Assembly: GCA_964016885.1 (NCBI GenBank)
Contig: OZ024742.1
Span: 2,170,001 to 2,234,000, forward strand
Direction of reading: 5' to 3'
DNA length: 64,000 nucleotides
Origin: Eledone cirrhosa
Lineage: Eukaryota
Position numbers and translations under genes: made by a program. The notes under the pieces are model-generated. The model did no database searches. It saw nothing but the letters and a program-made list of their open reading frames with translations, and was not told the DNA's origin. Below are positions 1 through 12,850 of the stretch, piece after piece (position 1 is the first letter of the stretch; each line of letters begins with the position of its first letter).

Positions 1-302
1 TAGAGAACATTACGTGTGCTATATTACTAAGATTAGTTTTTGTTGCAACTCTAAGTTTCGCGGATTGCGGCCAACTACGAAACTAAATCTATTACATAAA
101 TGTGAGATCTTCTCCTACAAGAGAAATATACTCAGAGATTTATTGCAGACGATATCGCTGCATCTGCTTTTAGAAGAAGAAAAATAAAACGGAAATGATG
201 ACATCTTGAAATTCCTGTGCATTAACCTTCTTCCTATATTCTAGTCAAAATAATGGTGAGAAAGATTCACTTTGGTGTTTGTAGTTTTATATATTTCAGT
301 CG

Positions 303-436
303 ACACCACCACCAGCACCAGCACCACCACCATCACCATCACCATCACCAGCACCAGCACCAGCACCATCACCACCACCACCACCAGCACCACCACCACC
401 ACCACCACCATCAGCACCACCACCACCACCACCACA
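303..436 (+). repeat. (CAC/CAG/CAT)n trinucleotide microsatellite
   Basis: Directly visible; produces the poly-His/Thr/Val ORFs in the track. Confidence 0.95.
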
Positions 437-682
437 TCCTACAGGAAACACTTTCTTGATAGGTTGTTCTTCTCACCGGAAGTGGTTTCCTCAATATGTC
501 ACATTTACAGCAGGTTGGCAGAAAATGTCGAACATTGACCGGTAAAATAAAATACCTTCAAATATTAAGTTACGTCCCTTTAGGATTTGAGTCATTGCCA
601 CCTGTGTCGACCTCTGGAGGACGGCAAACTTAAATACCATTGGTGATCCATTGGTGTACCGTAGAAGTACCATTATTAGATC

Positions 683-872
683 GGTGGATTGGCAGAATCA
701 GTAGAGAGTCGGACGCCATGCTTTGCATCAAAGAGTTACGGTCCTTTATGATCTGAGTTCAAATCCCGCCGAGGTTAACTTTGTCTTTCATCCTTACGGG
801 GTCGATAACATAAAGTACCAGTAATATACTGGGATAATTACTGGCCTTGTGCCAAAAGTAGAAACAATTATT
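683..872 (+). mobile_element. tRNA-derived SINE (family S1), full length, with target-site duplication
   Basis: B-box GAGTTCAAATCCC; central CTTTCATCCTTACGGGGTCGATAA..AAGTACCAG; ATTATT tail; flanking ATTATTAGATC at 672-682 and 867-877; many copies in window. Confidence 0.85.
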
Positions 873-1124
873 AGATCAGACCTTCCGAGCATTCCAGATG
901 GGAGCCCCTCCTTTTCTAACCAGACATAATATCTCAAACATTGTCCAGTGGGTCCATTTTTAACAATAGTTCAGCCCTATATTATTTAAGCCTTACAAAC
1001 GTGACTACTTCATCTTCTCTTCAGATCAATTGTATCCTGGCGTACATAATTTAATGTGTCCCCTACTTTCGTAAGACCTGTAATATGAGACTTGGGGGAG
1101 GGCGTGGCTGTCTTTTCTAGTATT

Positions 1125-1600
1125 TGGAGAAACCGTGTAGAAGCTACCTTGGTGTGGATTTGTATGGTGTAATTTAAGGATTGGGGGGGAGGGGGAATTT
1201 GGTGTTCTTTTTAGCAAGTCAACCTACCACTTAGTGACTTTTTTGTTGGATCTGTAACGTGTAAATTGAGGGAGATTTTGCTGCCTTTTCCAGCAAATCC
1301 GGTTACCAGTTCGATGCTACTTTGGAGGATTTGTAGGGCGTAATTTGAGGGTGAGTTTCACTGCTGTTTCAGGAGACAGAGTTACCACATCAATGATTCC
1401 TTATTGGTGATATAGGATGCGAATTAAGGGAGGTTTTTGGCAGTCTTTTCTAGCAGATCAAGTTACCACGAAGCGGCTTCTTAACTGGACAATTGACGCG
1501 AGATTTAAGCGGGATTTTGATTTCTTTCCCCAGCAACGTGAGCTACAACTAAAGCTTCTTTAATGTGATTTGAGCGAGATTTTAACTGTTTTTAGTCAGA
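1125..1600. repeat. Degenerate ~60-65 bp tandem repeat
   Basis: Recurrent GTAATTTAAGGGAG...TTTT(C)TAGCA...GTTACCAC units. Confidence 0.6.
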
Positions 1601-2074
1601 GCACCATTGCGAGTTAATAGTGAAGTCTGAGATATTAACAAGGCTGATCAGTTAATCAGTTAACTGCGATAAAGAATTCCCTCCCCTGGTTAACGTCTTT
1701 TCCCCAATCTAAAGTATTTGGTTTCAACATGGCTACTTACAATACATAGGTAGGTGGCGTTGTTGACAGCTAGGGGTGATGACACGTGACTTATCTCCAT
1801 GTCAGAATACTTGAAACCAGAATGGTGAGCTGTGAAAATGTTATATTTGTTGCTTTGTGTAGGCTTTTTTTTTAAAATTATACTTTTTGTTGAATTTTCT
1901 TTATTATTTGGTCTGATTTAGTTTAAATCACATACCACACGTATCTTCCAAGTCATTTCAATGTTAAAGCCATACATTTATTTTATTCGCTTTCTTTCAC
2001 CTTCTCTTTCACTCCATTTTCCTTCTGTCTTCCGCTCTCTTTCTTTCTATCAAACACGTCTCTCCCCCTCTCCC

Positions 2075-2181
2075 CCCGCCGAGGTTAACTTTGCCTTTCA
2101 TCCTTATGGGGTTGATAAAATAAAGTACCAGTAATACACAGGTTGATTTGCTGGCCTTGTGCCAAAACTAGAAACAATTAT
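2075..2181 (+). mobile_element. 5'-truncated SINE S1
   Basis: Matches the 3' half of 683-872. Confidence 0.85.
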
Positions 2182-2276
2182 ATATATATGTATGTATTAT
2201 ATATATATGTATGTATTATATATATCTATATGTATTATATATATATATACACACACGCACACACATATTTATATAT

Positions 2277-2472
2277 AATAAAGAGGGTGTGGTAAGATAC
2301 CATGTGGACCATAACGCACCAGAGTACTCAATAATTAGGTTCGTAGAGTGGGTAATATGAAAAGAGTCAGGACCTCGACGGCTGAGCTCCAGCCGTTTCG
2401 ACAGCTAGATCTGAACGCGTTCAGATCTAGCTGTCGAAACGGCTGGAGCTCAGCCGTCGGGATCCTGAATCT

Positions 2473-2480
<8 letters not shown>
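2277..2480. mobile_element. Family A PLE-terminus mini-element, head-to-head hairpin in (TA)n
   Basis: Near-perfect inverted repeat 2355-2480 centred on AACGCGTT; arms carry GAAAC-GGCTG-GAGCT-CAGCC-GTC (3' half of a hammerhead); homologous to 3864, 12651, 17898, 59490, 62649. Confidence 0.8.
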
Positions 2481-2514
<34 letters not shown>

Positions 2515-2916
2515 CACTCACACACATACACATAAGGCACTTCCCGTAATTTACTTTCTACACTTACATAAACAAGTATATACATAAAGTCCAGCCTGAA
2601 ATGCGAGACATCCCTCCATCCCCAGAACCCCAACCACCACCTCTACTACTAGCCTCCCCCCCACCAGCACCCCACCCCGATACCCCTACACCCCACCACC
2701 TCTATAACATCTTTACGGCTAAAATAAATTATTCCTCTTTACCAACTTGCTTCTAATTACTATTTACCAACACTTACCGCTGCACTTATTATTTGCTAAC
2801 AAAGACCGTATCCACTCTCCTCCAGCTCTACTCTTTTATTATATATAACTATATATATCACACACACATATATATATATATATAGCAATATACGTATGCG
2901 TATAAGTATACATATA

Positions 2917-2997
<81 letters not shown>

Positions 2998-3510
2998 TAC
3001 AGTATACATGCATCACTGATTTTTCGTTTTCTTTTCCATTCTCTCTCTCTCTATATATATATATATCAATATATATATATATCAATATCCTCTTCCTCGC
3101 ACTTCCACTCGCTCACTCACTGTTTCTCCCCTTCTCACTTCCCCCCGTTCGCTACGAAAACGATTTCCTTCTTTCTTAAATCGGATTCATCGCGAAAGGT
3201 CTATTTCTTACTCGCTCATATATTCACCCAGCTTATACGGATAGAATAACTATGTAGCTTGTGTTTCTTCCTATCTTCGGTTAGCTTTCCCCTGTGTTGT
3301 TTACTTGTCTCACTCGCTTTACACGTTTTAATTGTACTAATAACTTATTTTAGTTATTATTGCACCAACGTGAGGTATATGATTTTTAATGCAATGAAAT
3401 ACCAATGACCGTTGGCAAATCACTGATGAGGGACTCATTTTATAACATGTTATCCATGTGCAACCATGCAGTATTCTTCTCCCCATATTTTTCACATATA
3501 TATATATATA

Positions 3511-3835
3511 TATTGAAAGGATAACAAGGACGATTGATTACTCCTTCATTGTATTTATTGGTAGGTGACGCGCGTTTCGCCACTGATCAGCTCAAGGTTC
3601 GATCTGTATCGATCCTACCTGACTCAATAATCGGCGGCTCATTACAGATCGAACCTTGAGCTGATCAGTGGCGAAACGCGCGTCACCTACCAATGCAATG
3701 AAGGAGTAATCAATCGTCCTTGTTATCCTTTCAATATATTACACTCTGTATAGCTCTACACCTCATCACAGAAGTGAACCTAAACATCGAGTGCTCACCC
3801 GGGTGAACCTGCAGTAACTCCAAGTTACACCCCTT

Positions 3836-3838
<3 letters not shown>
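3511..3838. mobile_element. Family B PLE terminal fragment, head-to-head inversion in (TA)n
   Basis: Inverted arms 3511-3642 and 3643-3738; right arm continues to 3838; contains CGAAACGCGCGTC (palindromic stem III + GUC) and AATAAA on the left arm (minus strand). Confidence 0.75.
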
Positions 3839-3863
<25 letters not shown>

Positions 3864-3866
<3 letters not shown>

Positions 3867-4049
3867 ACAAAGGAATTGTGGTAAGGAACCAGATGGACCA
3901 TAACGCACCAGAGTACTACTTAGGGTAGTAGAGTGGGAAATAGGAAAAAGTATCACCCTGACGGCAGAGCTTAAGCCGTTTCGACGGCTATTTCTGGACT
4001 CCAGAAATAGCCGTCGAAACGGCTTGAGCTCTGCCGTCGGGGGTCATAC

Positions 4050-4057
<8 letters not shown>
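3864..4057. mobile_element. Family A mini-element hairpin
   Basis: Inverted repeat ~3940-4057 centred at 3999 (TCTGGA-C-TCCAGA). Confidence 0.8.
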
Positions 4058-4139
<82 letters not shown>

Positions 4140-4162
4140 CTTATATCGATATTACTTGGGCA

Positions 4163-4286
4163 TCCACTGCTGAGTTTATAAGAGCCCGCTTGTGTATAAA
4201 ACTATTGGTTATATACAAGTTTCTACATAACCTGGAAACTATTTATCCCAAATTGTAGAAATCTTATAACGAAACGGCCGTCTGAA
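4163..4286 (+). ncRNA. Degenerate type-I hammerhead with ~95-nt stem II (family H pLTR fragment ~4136-4548, interrupted by an S1 SINE piece at ~4319-4395)
   Basis: TCCA-CTGCTGA-GTTTATAAGA...TCTTATAAC-GAA-ACGGCCGT-C-TGAA; homologue at 48012-48136. Confidence 0.6.
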
Positions 4287-4554
4287 AGGAAAGAGATATT
4301 TATTTATGTCTCATATAAAATAATTGTTTCTACTTTAGGCACAATGCCAGCAAATACCCAGTGCATTACTGGTACTTTATTTTATCGACCCCGTAATAAT
4401 ACAACCAGCTATCCACGGAATACTGACTAGTTAGCACCCCAAACACTAAATTGGGAAAATACTTAGGTATATCCTAACGTTTGTTGAGTGAGATGGAGTT
4501 GGTCAGGGTATCGCTTAAGGCTTCCTCTGTTAATGTATTGAGTATTGTATATAT

Positions 4555-4717
4555 ATATAGAATGGAAAACGAAAAATCAGTGGTGCATGTATACTGTAGA
4601 AATAACGAAGAACACTCAGTCGATAGGAGTTTAGTATAAATAATTACAACAGTGACATAAACAGGTACCTTAAGTTTGGTTGGGTTCTTAACCCCAACTC
4701 ATTGAGTCTGTCAGGTT
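4555..4717 (-). mobile_element. Family G TA-embedded PLE-like terminal fragment with decayed hammerhead-like core
   Basis: Minus strand CAATGA-GTTGGG..CCCAAC-CAAA; its 3' end recurs at ~2994-3041 (+). Confidence 0.4.
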
Positions 4718-4722
4718 ATATA

Positions 4723-4827
<105 letters not shown>

Positions 4828-4842
4828 AAAATAACAGATTAA

Positions 4843-4893
4843 AGTTTAAGCAAAGAATCGCTGCTTTCACCCTTAACGGGATCTTCTGAAACT
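4843..4893 (-). ncRNA. Hammerhead-like motif in 3' pLTR (core CAGAAGA)
   Basis: AGTTT-CAGAAGA-stem II-GAA-AGCA..TGCT-T-AAACT. Confidence 0.55.
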
Positions 4894-5830
4894 AACAAAG
4901 TCAACCTGTAAACGCAGAACTGGATATTTCAAAAAATGATGCAACCGGAGGAAGACAGGAAGACGATACTTTGGTTCGTGGAAACGTTCGCTGGCTAAGA
5001 ACGGGAAAAAACGAATATAATACGTCATTAATGGGAGCGGTGAAAAACAACTACGCGCAAAGACAGAACCACGTTTATGGTATAAAAGAGGTCGTAGACT
5101 AATGTTCTCTTAGGTGGTGCATAGAGACGTTCTCTGGCAATGAACGAAAAAAACGAAGATAAAACGTCATATGTGGATCGTGGAGAACAATTGCACGCAA
5201 AGACAAAACCACGTAAATGGTATAGCAGAAGTCGTAGACTAAATTCTAACTAGGAGACCGAATGAATCTCCGCTACAGAGTTAAGAACAAAGTAAATAAA
5301 TACAATACAGAAGTAATAGAAATAAATAAATACATACACGCAAACAAATACATACATTCACAAGCATACACAAAAACTTACCATAGGTATACAAAACCAC
5401 GCACATATAAATATGTGTGTGTGTGTATGCGTGTATACAAATAAATAAATAATTATATAAACGTATATAAATAAATAAATACGTATATAACAAGCGCACA
5501 CACATACCTACATGTAAATACACGAATGTTCGGAGACGTAAGTCAACCAAAACATGAAGTACACATATACACACACTCTACATACATACGAACCCGCATA
5601 TACTCACACAGACGCAAAACTCCCGTATACACAAAGCCAAACCATATGTACCAGAATATATAAAAGTATACGCCATAACATAAACAATCAAATATACGTA
5701 CCAGAATGTATACATACCTTCACAAAACATACGGATAATATATACTTACCTATGCAAATAAGTAAAGGAATAAACATAACATATACTTAGCTCCCACATC
5801 GAGACGTAAAATGTCCACGTATAGATCGTA

Positions 5831-7958
5831 CTATCCGTCAGGGTATAACGTGGGGCTGTAATACAGGAAAGTTTTGTGCAATTTATGTTTACAAGCCGAA
5901 ATTGCCTCAGATTTTTTGTTTAAGATGTGGTCTGTGGCGTAGAGTATTTCCAGGGCCTCAACGGCGCAGAGCTCACATGGTCTTTTATTTCCGTTATACG
6001 ATCTAACTCTAGCTAGGATCTCCCAGTGTAACTTATATTGGGTGTGGTTGTCTTTTAGACTCCAAATATAAGCTGAAAGTGACGTCATATTCCTTCTTAG
6101 AGGGTAACGAAAAGAATGGGTATGCATGTAAAGACGCTGCTTGAATCTATTGGCAGTCAACCCTATGTAGGCCCTACGGGACGTGGGTGTTACAACCTTA
6201 CATTTGTAGACAATGTTACTAGAGAGGCATTTCCCGGATAGGGGGCAATCAACCCGATTCCTACAATTACAGTTAGTACTAACTACAGGGTTGCACGTGT
6301 TCCTACGGCTAGGTAGTTTGGTTAAATTTGAAGCTGTGATGTTATGTGCAAGGTTAGGAGTCGTAGATAAGAAATTTTAATAGTATTTCTATTAAAAATG
6401 TTACTATATTTATGTGTAGGGGGAAAATGCTTCGTAATAAGGGAAAGAAAGATCTTAGCTAATGGTGTAGCCATCTCCATATTATATGGTGGGTTATACC
6501 AACAAATGCGACGGGATCTATTTCTTCTAGGTCTATTTTCGTACTCTGTATATGCTACCTTATCGACAAATCCACTTCGAGCAAGAACTTCATTGTAATA
6601 AGTGGAATGGTCGTTGAAAATACGCTCGTTGGTGGAAAGACGGGTAAGCCTCAACGAAACGTTTCTTACCAGGTTCTTGGTTATGCTGGCAGGATGGTTG
6701 GAATGCTTACTTATGTAATTAAGCGTATCATTCGGCTTTCTATACGGGTAATACAACCCATTCAATAAGTTGAGGGTAACGTCGAGGTAATTAACTACCG
6801 AGAGATTGGCCTCAACCTGTATAGAGAGGTTGAAGCCTTTAAAGAAGGCTGTGAGTTCTTTTCTGAACCTGTCGCAAGCACGAGGTCCGCACTTAGTCAT
6901 GGTCAAAAGACCATCGTCACGGTACAAACCACCGCCCGCGTTGGGGAATTCGTCCTTGATAGAGAAAAGAAGGAAAAGGCCGATAAGATCAGTAACCTCC
7001 GCAGAATCACTGGCGCCCATACTCACGTCGAATGGGGTACTATTGGATTTTTTTTATTCAAATAGAGTCGTCGAAATTAATCACCGACTTTCGGGCATTC
7101 AGGATGACATCAACTTCGAAATCCTTAACCACTGTGAGTGTTTTAGCGAAATTGATAGCTCTAAGGAGAAGTGGTAAACTGATGGAGGAGTAGTAATTGT
7201 TGATGTCGAATTGGATAAAACGGCAATGTTCCTTGTTACATATGCCGTTGAACCAATCAATCATCGTGAAGGAATTGTTCCACAGTGCAAGAGGGGCCAA
7301 ACTTCTAATTTCAGGTATAATTCTATCAAGAATCGTCTTACTAAGTCCACCTAAATCGGAATTCGTAGGGTTAATAAGCCGAATAGAGGGGTTGTTCGGA
7401 AAATTGGATTTGTGATCCTTCAGGGTAAAGTGGGGAGAAATAGGGTCCAGAGGTTCGGTCCGGTCCAGGATGTTGAGATCAGATGTGATTTTAAACCCAG
7501 CATCGTTGATTTCATTGATGACGCACCGATTAGTTTTACGGTAATCCTTAGTTACAGCATTATGTAGTAGTTGATGGTAAGTACTGCTCTCCACTTGATA
7601 TAGGTTGCCAGTTTTGTCGGAATGGACGTGCACGGCATTAGAATCCTTAATAGAACGAATTCTATTCTTCAGTTCTTGCTGGAAGGAATTGCTCCTATTC
7701 CGAAATTTGATACTCCGAATGAGTTCCAAGACATCATTTTCGAAGGGTAGCAATGCTGGGTTACACGGGGGATTATTATAGGTTTTAAATCCAAATTTAT
7801 CCTGTTTGTTGTCTGCTTTTCGCGGATTATCGAAGTAAAAGGCCCGCCAACGCAACCTTTTAATGAACGCGTCTGTTTTCTGTATCAGGAGTTTTAGGTG
7901 TTTTCCTGCTTGGTACGGGTATGTTCTTTGTAGAAATATTCAGATGTTGTTTCTGCAT
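5831..7958 (-). pseudogene. PLE reverse transcriptase-GIY-YIG endonuclease, frameshifted
   Basis: KNIP, RWRA, DKTGNLY, TLKDHK, FDINNYY, MGASDSAEVTDL, LYRDDGL, SNHP, WYNPP, CNCRNRVDCPLSGKC, YIGLTANRFKQR, CELC; at least three frame breaks. Confidence 0.9.
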
Positions 7959-8111
7959 GATGAATATAAGTCAGTAGAGTGCTCAACCGAGGGAGCCAAA
8001 TAGTAATAATAATAAATTTGAAGACTAAAATCCAAAGAGGGCTCGATAAGGATAAATATATATCAAATATATAAGAACCGTAGAGCAAATATTTATTAAA
8101 ATAACAGATTA

Positions 8112-8162
8112 AGTTTAAGCAAAGAATCGCTGCTTTCACCCGTAACGGGATCTTCTGAAACT
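8112..8162 (-). ncRNA. Hammerhead-like motif in 5' pLTR (core CAGAAGA)
   Basis: Stem I AGTTT/AAACT, stem II CCCG/CGGG, GAAA, stem III AGCA/TGCT. Confidence 0.55.
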
Positions 8163-8297
8163 AACAAATTCAATCTGTAAACGCAGAACTGGATATTTCA
8201 AAAAACGTTGCAACCGGAGGAAGACAGGAAGACGATACTTTGGTTCGTGGAAACGTTCTGTGGCAAAGAACAGGAAAAAACGAATATAATACGTCAT

Positions 8298-8766
<469 letters not shown>

Positions 8767-8813
8767 ACACTTGTGGATAGTGCAGTTTTAAATCAACATA
8801 TTTTGTTCTTATA

Positions 8814-8870
<57 letters not shown>

Positions 8871-9019
8871 ATTTATTATGGCATTGGTGAGCTGTGTGTT
8901 ACTCTAAAATTTCACTGCGCCCTCACAGGATCAACAGTCTTGTTTGATGATCCACCAGACTCTTCTCATCTCCATGTCTATCACACAATATTCTCTTTTA
9001 ATACACCTCTCTCTATTTA

Positions 9020-9250
9020 ATAAAACCAAACTCTCCTCCCTCTTTATATCAATTAGCACCAACCCCCCTCTCTATATCAATTAAGACCAAACTCTCCCCC
9101 TCTCTATATCTACTACACAAACGTCTCTTCGAATCCCCCTCTCTATATCAATCATCCCTAAACTCCCACCCTCTCTATATCTCCTAGTCTGAACTCTCTT
9201 CCAACCCCCCTCTCTATATCAATTAACACCAAACTCTCCCCCTCTCTACA
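9020..9250. repeat. Degenerate ~30-bp tandem repeat (CAAACTCTCCCCCTCTCTATATCAATTA)
   Basis: About 7 imperfect copies. Confidence 0.7.
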
Positions 9251-9347
9251 TAACATGTATATAAATTGTAGCACATATACAAATAGATGTGTTTTGGTAG
9301 TTTGGGGAGAAAATATAATTATTAGGGGGCGGGGGACATGCCCACCC

Positions 9348-10163
9348 TGTGTATGTGTGTATGTGTGTATGTGTGTATGTGTGTGTGTGTGTGTGTGTGT
9401 GCATGCGTGTATGTGTATGTGTGTATATGTGTGTGTGTGTGTGTATGTGTGTGTGTATGTGTGTATGTGTGTGTGTGTATGTGAGTGTGTGTGTATGTGT
9501 GTATGCGTTATATGTGTGTGTATGTGTGTATGTGTGTGTGCGTATGTGTGTGTTTGTATGTGTGTGTGTGTGTATGCGTGTATGTGTGTGCGTGTATGTG
9601 TGTGTATGTGTGTGTATGTGTGTGTGTATGTGTGTGTGTATGCGTGTATGTGTGTGTGTGTGTATATGTGTGTGTATGTGTGTGTATGTGTGTGTATGTG
9701 TGTGTGTATGTGTGTGTATGTGTGTGTGTATGTGTGTGTGTGTGAGTGTGTATGTGTGTATGTGTGTGTGTATGTGTGTATGTGTGTATGTGTGTATGTG
9801 TGTATGTGTGTATGTGTGTATGTGTGTGTGTATGTGTATTTGTGTGTGTGTATGTGTGTGTGTGTGTGTGTATGTGGGTATGTGTGTGTGTTTATGTGTA
9901 TGTGTGTGTGTATGTGTGTATGTGTGTGTGTATGTGTGTATGTGTGTATGTGTGTGTGTATGTGTGTGTATGTGTGTGCGTGTGTATGTGTGTATATGTG
10001 TATGTGTGTGTATGTGTGTGTGTGTATGTCTGTGTGTATGTGTGTATGTGTGTATGTGTGCGTGTGTATGTGTGTATATGTGTATGTGTGTGTATGTGTG
10101 TGTGTGTATGTCTGTGTGTATGTGTGTATGTGTGTATGTGTGTGTGTATATATATATATATAT
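9348..10163. repeat. Compound (TG)n/(TATG)n microsatellite
   Basis: Direct. Confidence 0.95.
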
Positions 10164-10394
10164 GTCAGTCTCCATATATTAGTAGACACAGGCTCTGTCC
10201 CAATCTTCAGTCTATTTAAACATTACAAATTCACAACTCAAACAATTAAAATTTTACATTCATTTTCTATTCAGTTGAATTGTTTTCCCACCTGTCAACA
10301 CAGCGGAGTGATTGTAAATATACCTGTGCGGATTGCATACATACATACACACGCACACACATATATACACACACACCCACACACACATATATAT

Positions 10395-10435
<41 letters not shown>

Positions 10436-10473
10436 TATACACACATACACATATATATATATATATATATACG

Positions 10474-10580
<107 letters not shown>

Positions 10581-10754
10581 GTGTAGAATGTAAACATTTG
10601 TATATGTACCTGTACAGAATATATATATTTATTTACAATGACTGAAATAAAAATATATTTGAATAAAATATATAAATAAATAAATAATTTCATGGGAAAA
10701 AGTAACATTTGCAGGAAAAATGATTTCGAGTTTTAAATCTGTTTTTCTGTGTAA

Positions 10755-11030
10755 GCAAGCATTGAGTGAGGGCCGGAGTTGCTTCTGGTTTACAGCATTG
10801 AATGACTGAGAGTATAAAACTCCTCGCTTCCTCCTGGATGGGACGTCTGTCTCCTGTCAACGGACTAAACTCCAGCTGTTGCTGGTATTTATATTCAGCT
10901 GAGTTAACTGGAGCTATGTGAAATGAAATGTCCTTAATCACGGACACATGTACCACCCGATCTGGGAATCGAACTTGCGACCTCCTGTTCGTATGCTGAA
11001 CACCCTAACCAATTGGCCATATACCCCTCC
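10755..11030 (-). mobile_element. tRNA-derived SINE (second family, V-SINE-like body)
   Basis: Minus strand TGGCCAATTGG (A box) ... GTTCGATTCC (B box) ... GTCCCATCCAGG; related heads at ~21360-21480 and 58745-58856. Confidence 0.6.
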
Positions 11031-12550
11031 ATATATAGTGAACATTTTTACTTTTGAATTGTTCAGTTTTTACTGATCAATTTGATTTTCTTTCTAACAA
11101 AAGAATTTATTTCTTACAAAAACAAAAATAAAATCCGAATGCCGGACCAACAAATCGCTTTTATGAGAAATGAAATATAACGACCACCATAATAGGAAGA
11201 TGTTCCAACAGGGTATATCTTAAAACGAGCCATCCTATTCTTACCTGAGAATACCATGTGTGCACGGCCGATATCTGAGTACTGAACCTCCTAGCGTAGC
11301 CTGACAATGCGCCCCCATAATGCTTCTCCCATTTATGCGACCCATTCTCCGAAATGACATATATGCGGTACACATGTTTATTTATTGCTTGTAGGAAATC
11401 ATTATATACTTAATTTAATGATACAATTTGTATAAATCTGTGATCCTTTTAGGTTCAGTAATGCGCCTCTCTGAGAGGTGTGTGCCCTTCTGGGTTGCCT
11501 TTATAACCTAAAGATAGCACCGACCAAAACTGTGAGTGGTTCTCCGTTGAAAGAAACATTCAAATATAACAGACACCAAGAAAATTAAAAAGATTTTTTG
11601 TACCAGCCAAATTTCACATTTCCTTTTACATTTATTTATATTTTATTTTATATTTTTTGTTTATCAAGCCAAGATTCAAATTATTTTAATCAATTTTCAA
11701 TTTATAAATTCAAAAGTTCTAAAAAATATGTTTTCATAAATTTTTATTTCATAAAAACTTTGGTTTGTTATTTCAATTTGTTAAAATAAGGAAAAAAAAC
11801 TTGTTTTCTTTTTTTAATTTTAATTGGTAATGTATATAAATTACAAGTTTATGAATAAAAAAAAAAAAAGAAAGACGCTGATCATTAGATGGAACTAGGA
11901 ACAATGTTTCAATAAACTATTCCCTTATTAATACTAATTGTCCGTGGTAACTCCTGACAGAAGGAAGCAACATTTGAACTCCAAGACACCAACCGACCAA
12001 ATCACCACCTCAAGGGTGAAAGGTAAAGTTGACTCGAAAGGATGAAAGGTAAAGTTGACTTCGGCGGTATTTTAACTAAAACTGCAGTAAGCCGGACCAA
12101 ATACCAAGGTATTTAATCCGAACACTCTGGTGTCTAAATTCAGGTTATTAGAATTATTTTAATTTCTGGTTTATAAATTAAAATTGTTAAAAACTTACAA
12201 ATATTTGATTTATAAATTGAAGTTGTTAGCATTTTATTAATTTTCAAAACCGTCTCTAATCTTAAGTTGATAACATTTTATGAGTTTTGGGTTTATTCAT
12301 TAAAATTGATAACATTTCATAAAAGTTTCGGTTATAAAATCGAGTTGATAAAATCCTAAAAACATTTTCAGTTTATTATTTTCAATTTATGAATTTAAAC
12401 CGGTCCTTCCTTTGGCAGGACTATGGGCAGGTGGATCTTGCTGTGAAATAAAGGGTTGCCAACCTATTGCTCAACTCTTGTGTATTTCTAGACAAAGAGA
12501 GGCTGTGAGGGGTTTCTTATGGCAGAATGTAGCTTGTTAAGAGAGAGGGA

Positions 12551-12588
<38 letters not shown>

Positions 12589-12622
12589 GAGGGAGAGTGA
12601 GGGAGAGAGAGAAAGTGAGGAG

Positions 12623-12650
<28 letters not shown>

Positions 12651-12653
<3 letters not shown>

Positions 12654-12850
12654 ACGAAGGAGGTGTGGTAAGGAACCAGATGGACCATAACGCACCAGAG
12701 TACTCAATACTTAGGGTAGTAGAGTGGGTAATAGGAAAATGTTTAACCCCGACGGCAGAGCTCAAGCCGTTTCGATGGCTATTTCTGGACTCCAGAAATA
12801 GCCGTCGAAACGGTTTGAGCTCTGCCGTCGGGGTTAAACATTTTCCTATA
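12651..12850. mobile_element. Family A mini-element hairpin
   Basis: Inverted repeat 12731-12849 centred at 12790; (TA)n flanks. Confidence 0.85.

Noticed and set aside
683-770. tRNA genes at SINE heads
   Set aside because: A/B boxes only, no cloverleaf; they continue into SINE bodies
3420-3450. CTGATGA hammerhead start
   Set aside because: No GAAA or stem partners downstream
6225-6275. Selenocysteine recoding, as described for some Naiad PLEs
   Set aside because: The conserved Cys positions in all three Naiad-type copies are TGT/TGC, not TGA; the ORF breaks are frameshifts
11453-11531. Plus-strand AG...GTGAGT exon candidate
   Set aside because: Stops in all three frames and no other support
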